A DNA stretch of 64,000 bases from NCBI GenBank assembly GCA_964035545.1, contig OZ037767.1, positions 10,550,581 through 10,614,580 of the forward strand, written 5' to 3'. Below, one piece after another: positions 63,236-64,000 of the stretch. The notes beneath the pieces are model-generated. The model ran no database searches, was not told the DNA's origin, and saw only the letters and a program-made list of their open reading frames with translations. How positions within the stretch are numbered: the first letter of the stretch is position 1; each line of letters starts with the position of its first letter. Source of the stretch: Bugula neritina. Lineage: Eukaryota; Animalia; Bryozoa. The translations under genes and the position numbers were made by a program.

Positions 63236-64000
63236 CTATAACATAGTGATAACAAAAATAGAAGTTGTAATAGAGTAGGTAATAGTGAAACTGCTGGCAT
63301 GAAAGAATGCTATTTTTCACTTGGCTAGAGTTCATTGACACTTTTGGCAATGTGCCACAATGTACTTAGTTCAAATGTTGTAACTCAACACCAAGCTAGA
63401 TGAACAGGGCTTACACAGTATGGCACCTTAAACAATGTACTCTATGTTATAGCATGACATTGCATAAAGCTAAAAGATGTAATGGCTTTTTCATGTTAGC
63501 TTCAGCGCTCATTTTGTTTATTTATATACAGCTATAACAGCTTTTCTGTGCAAGTTAATATATAAGGTGGTAACACTTCTACTGTTTTCATTGTAAATTA
63601 TTTTATGATCAATACACCTGTTTGAAACACAACACTCTACCTATGAATAACATCATGTGACTGAATGGGTCATATTATGTGATGACAGTATAGACACTGA
63701 TTTAAGGTCGATCACCCAGGAAATTGCAATACCACATTTCTTGTCATGACAAGAAAAGCTTTAAACAACCCAATTTATAATTTTAGCTGATAATTGAATA
63801 AAAGTTATCAATATATCTCCCAACTTTGGTAAACTTGATAATATAGTTTTAACACTAACTTATAGCACTCTAAAAGCACATCACAGTATACTGTAGGAAG
63901 CAAATTATGAATCAATATCAAACAAATTAAACTGACTGGGAAATTTTTAAGGTTATTAGTATCGGCTCAAAACTGAGTCAGCTCTTTGTAAAGATAGCCA

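Overview
AT-rich, intron-rich animal (invertebrate-like) genomic DNA; most ORF-track entries are exon fragments or microsatellite artefacts. Left part (856-36676, minus strand): two tandem paralogs of the sperm Ca2+-channel auxiliary subunit CatSper-gamma (CATSPERG), which I spliced by hand. The upstream copy (ATG 36676) does not stop after its transmembrane exon. Twenty-five further GT-AG exons with matching phases run down to a stop at 14468 and add a ~1300-aa cytoplasmic tail: ~10 helical repeats, a segment resembling the dynein-stalk microtubule-binding domain, then CRAL-TRIO_N + CRAL-TRIO (Sec14) + GOLD-like domains. This predicted ~48-exon, ~2400-aa architecture is the main candidate for an undescribed system. 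The downstream copy (ATG 12477) keeps only the first tail exon within the window. Right part (38-60.5 kb): six copies of a 67-aa secreted six-cysteine defensin-like peptide gene, missed by the ORF track because it is spliced; two copies are intact and four are disabled. Two of them form a large inverted duplication carrying three Harbinger-type MITEs. Also present: a PAN/apple + F-type lectin gene, two tRNA-derived repeat families, many micro/minisatellites and a probably decayed O-methyltransferase exon. All homology calls come from my recall of family motifs, not from database searches.
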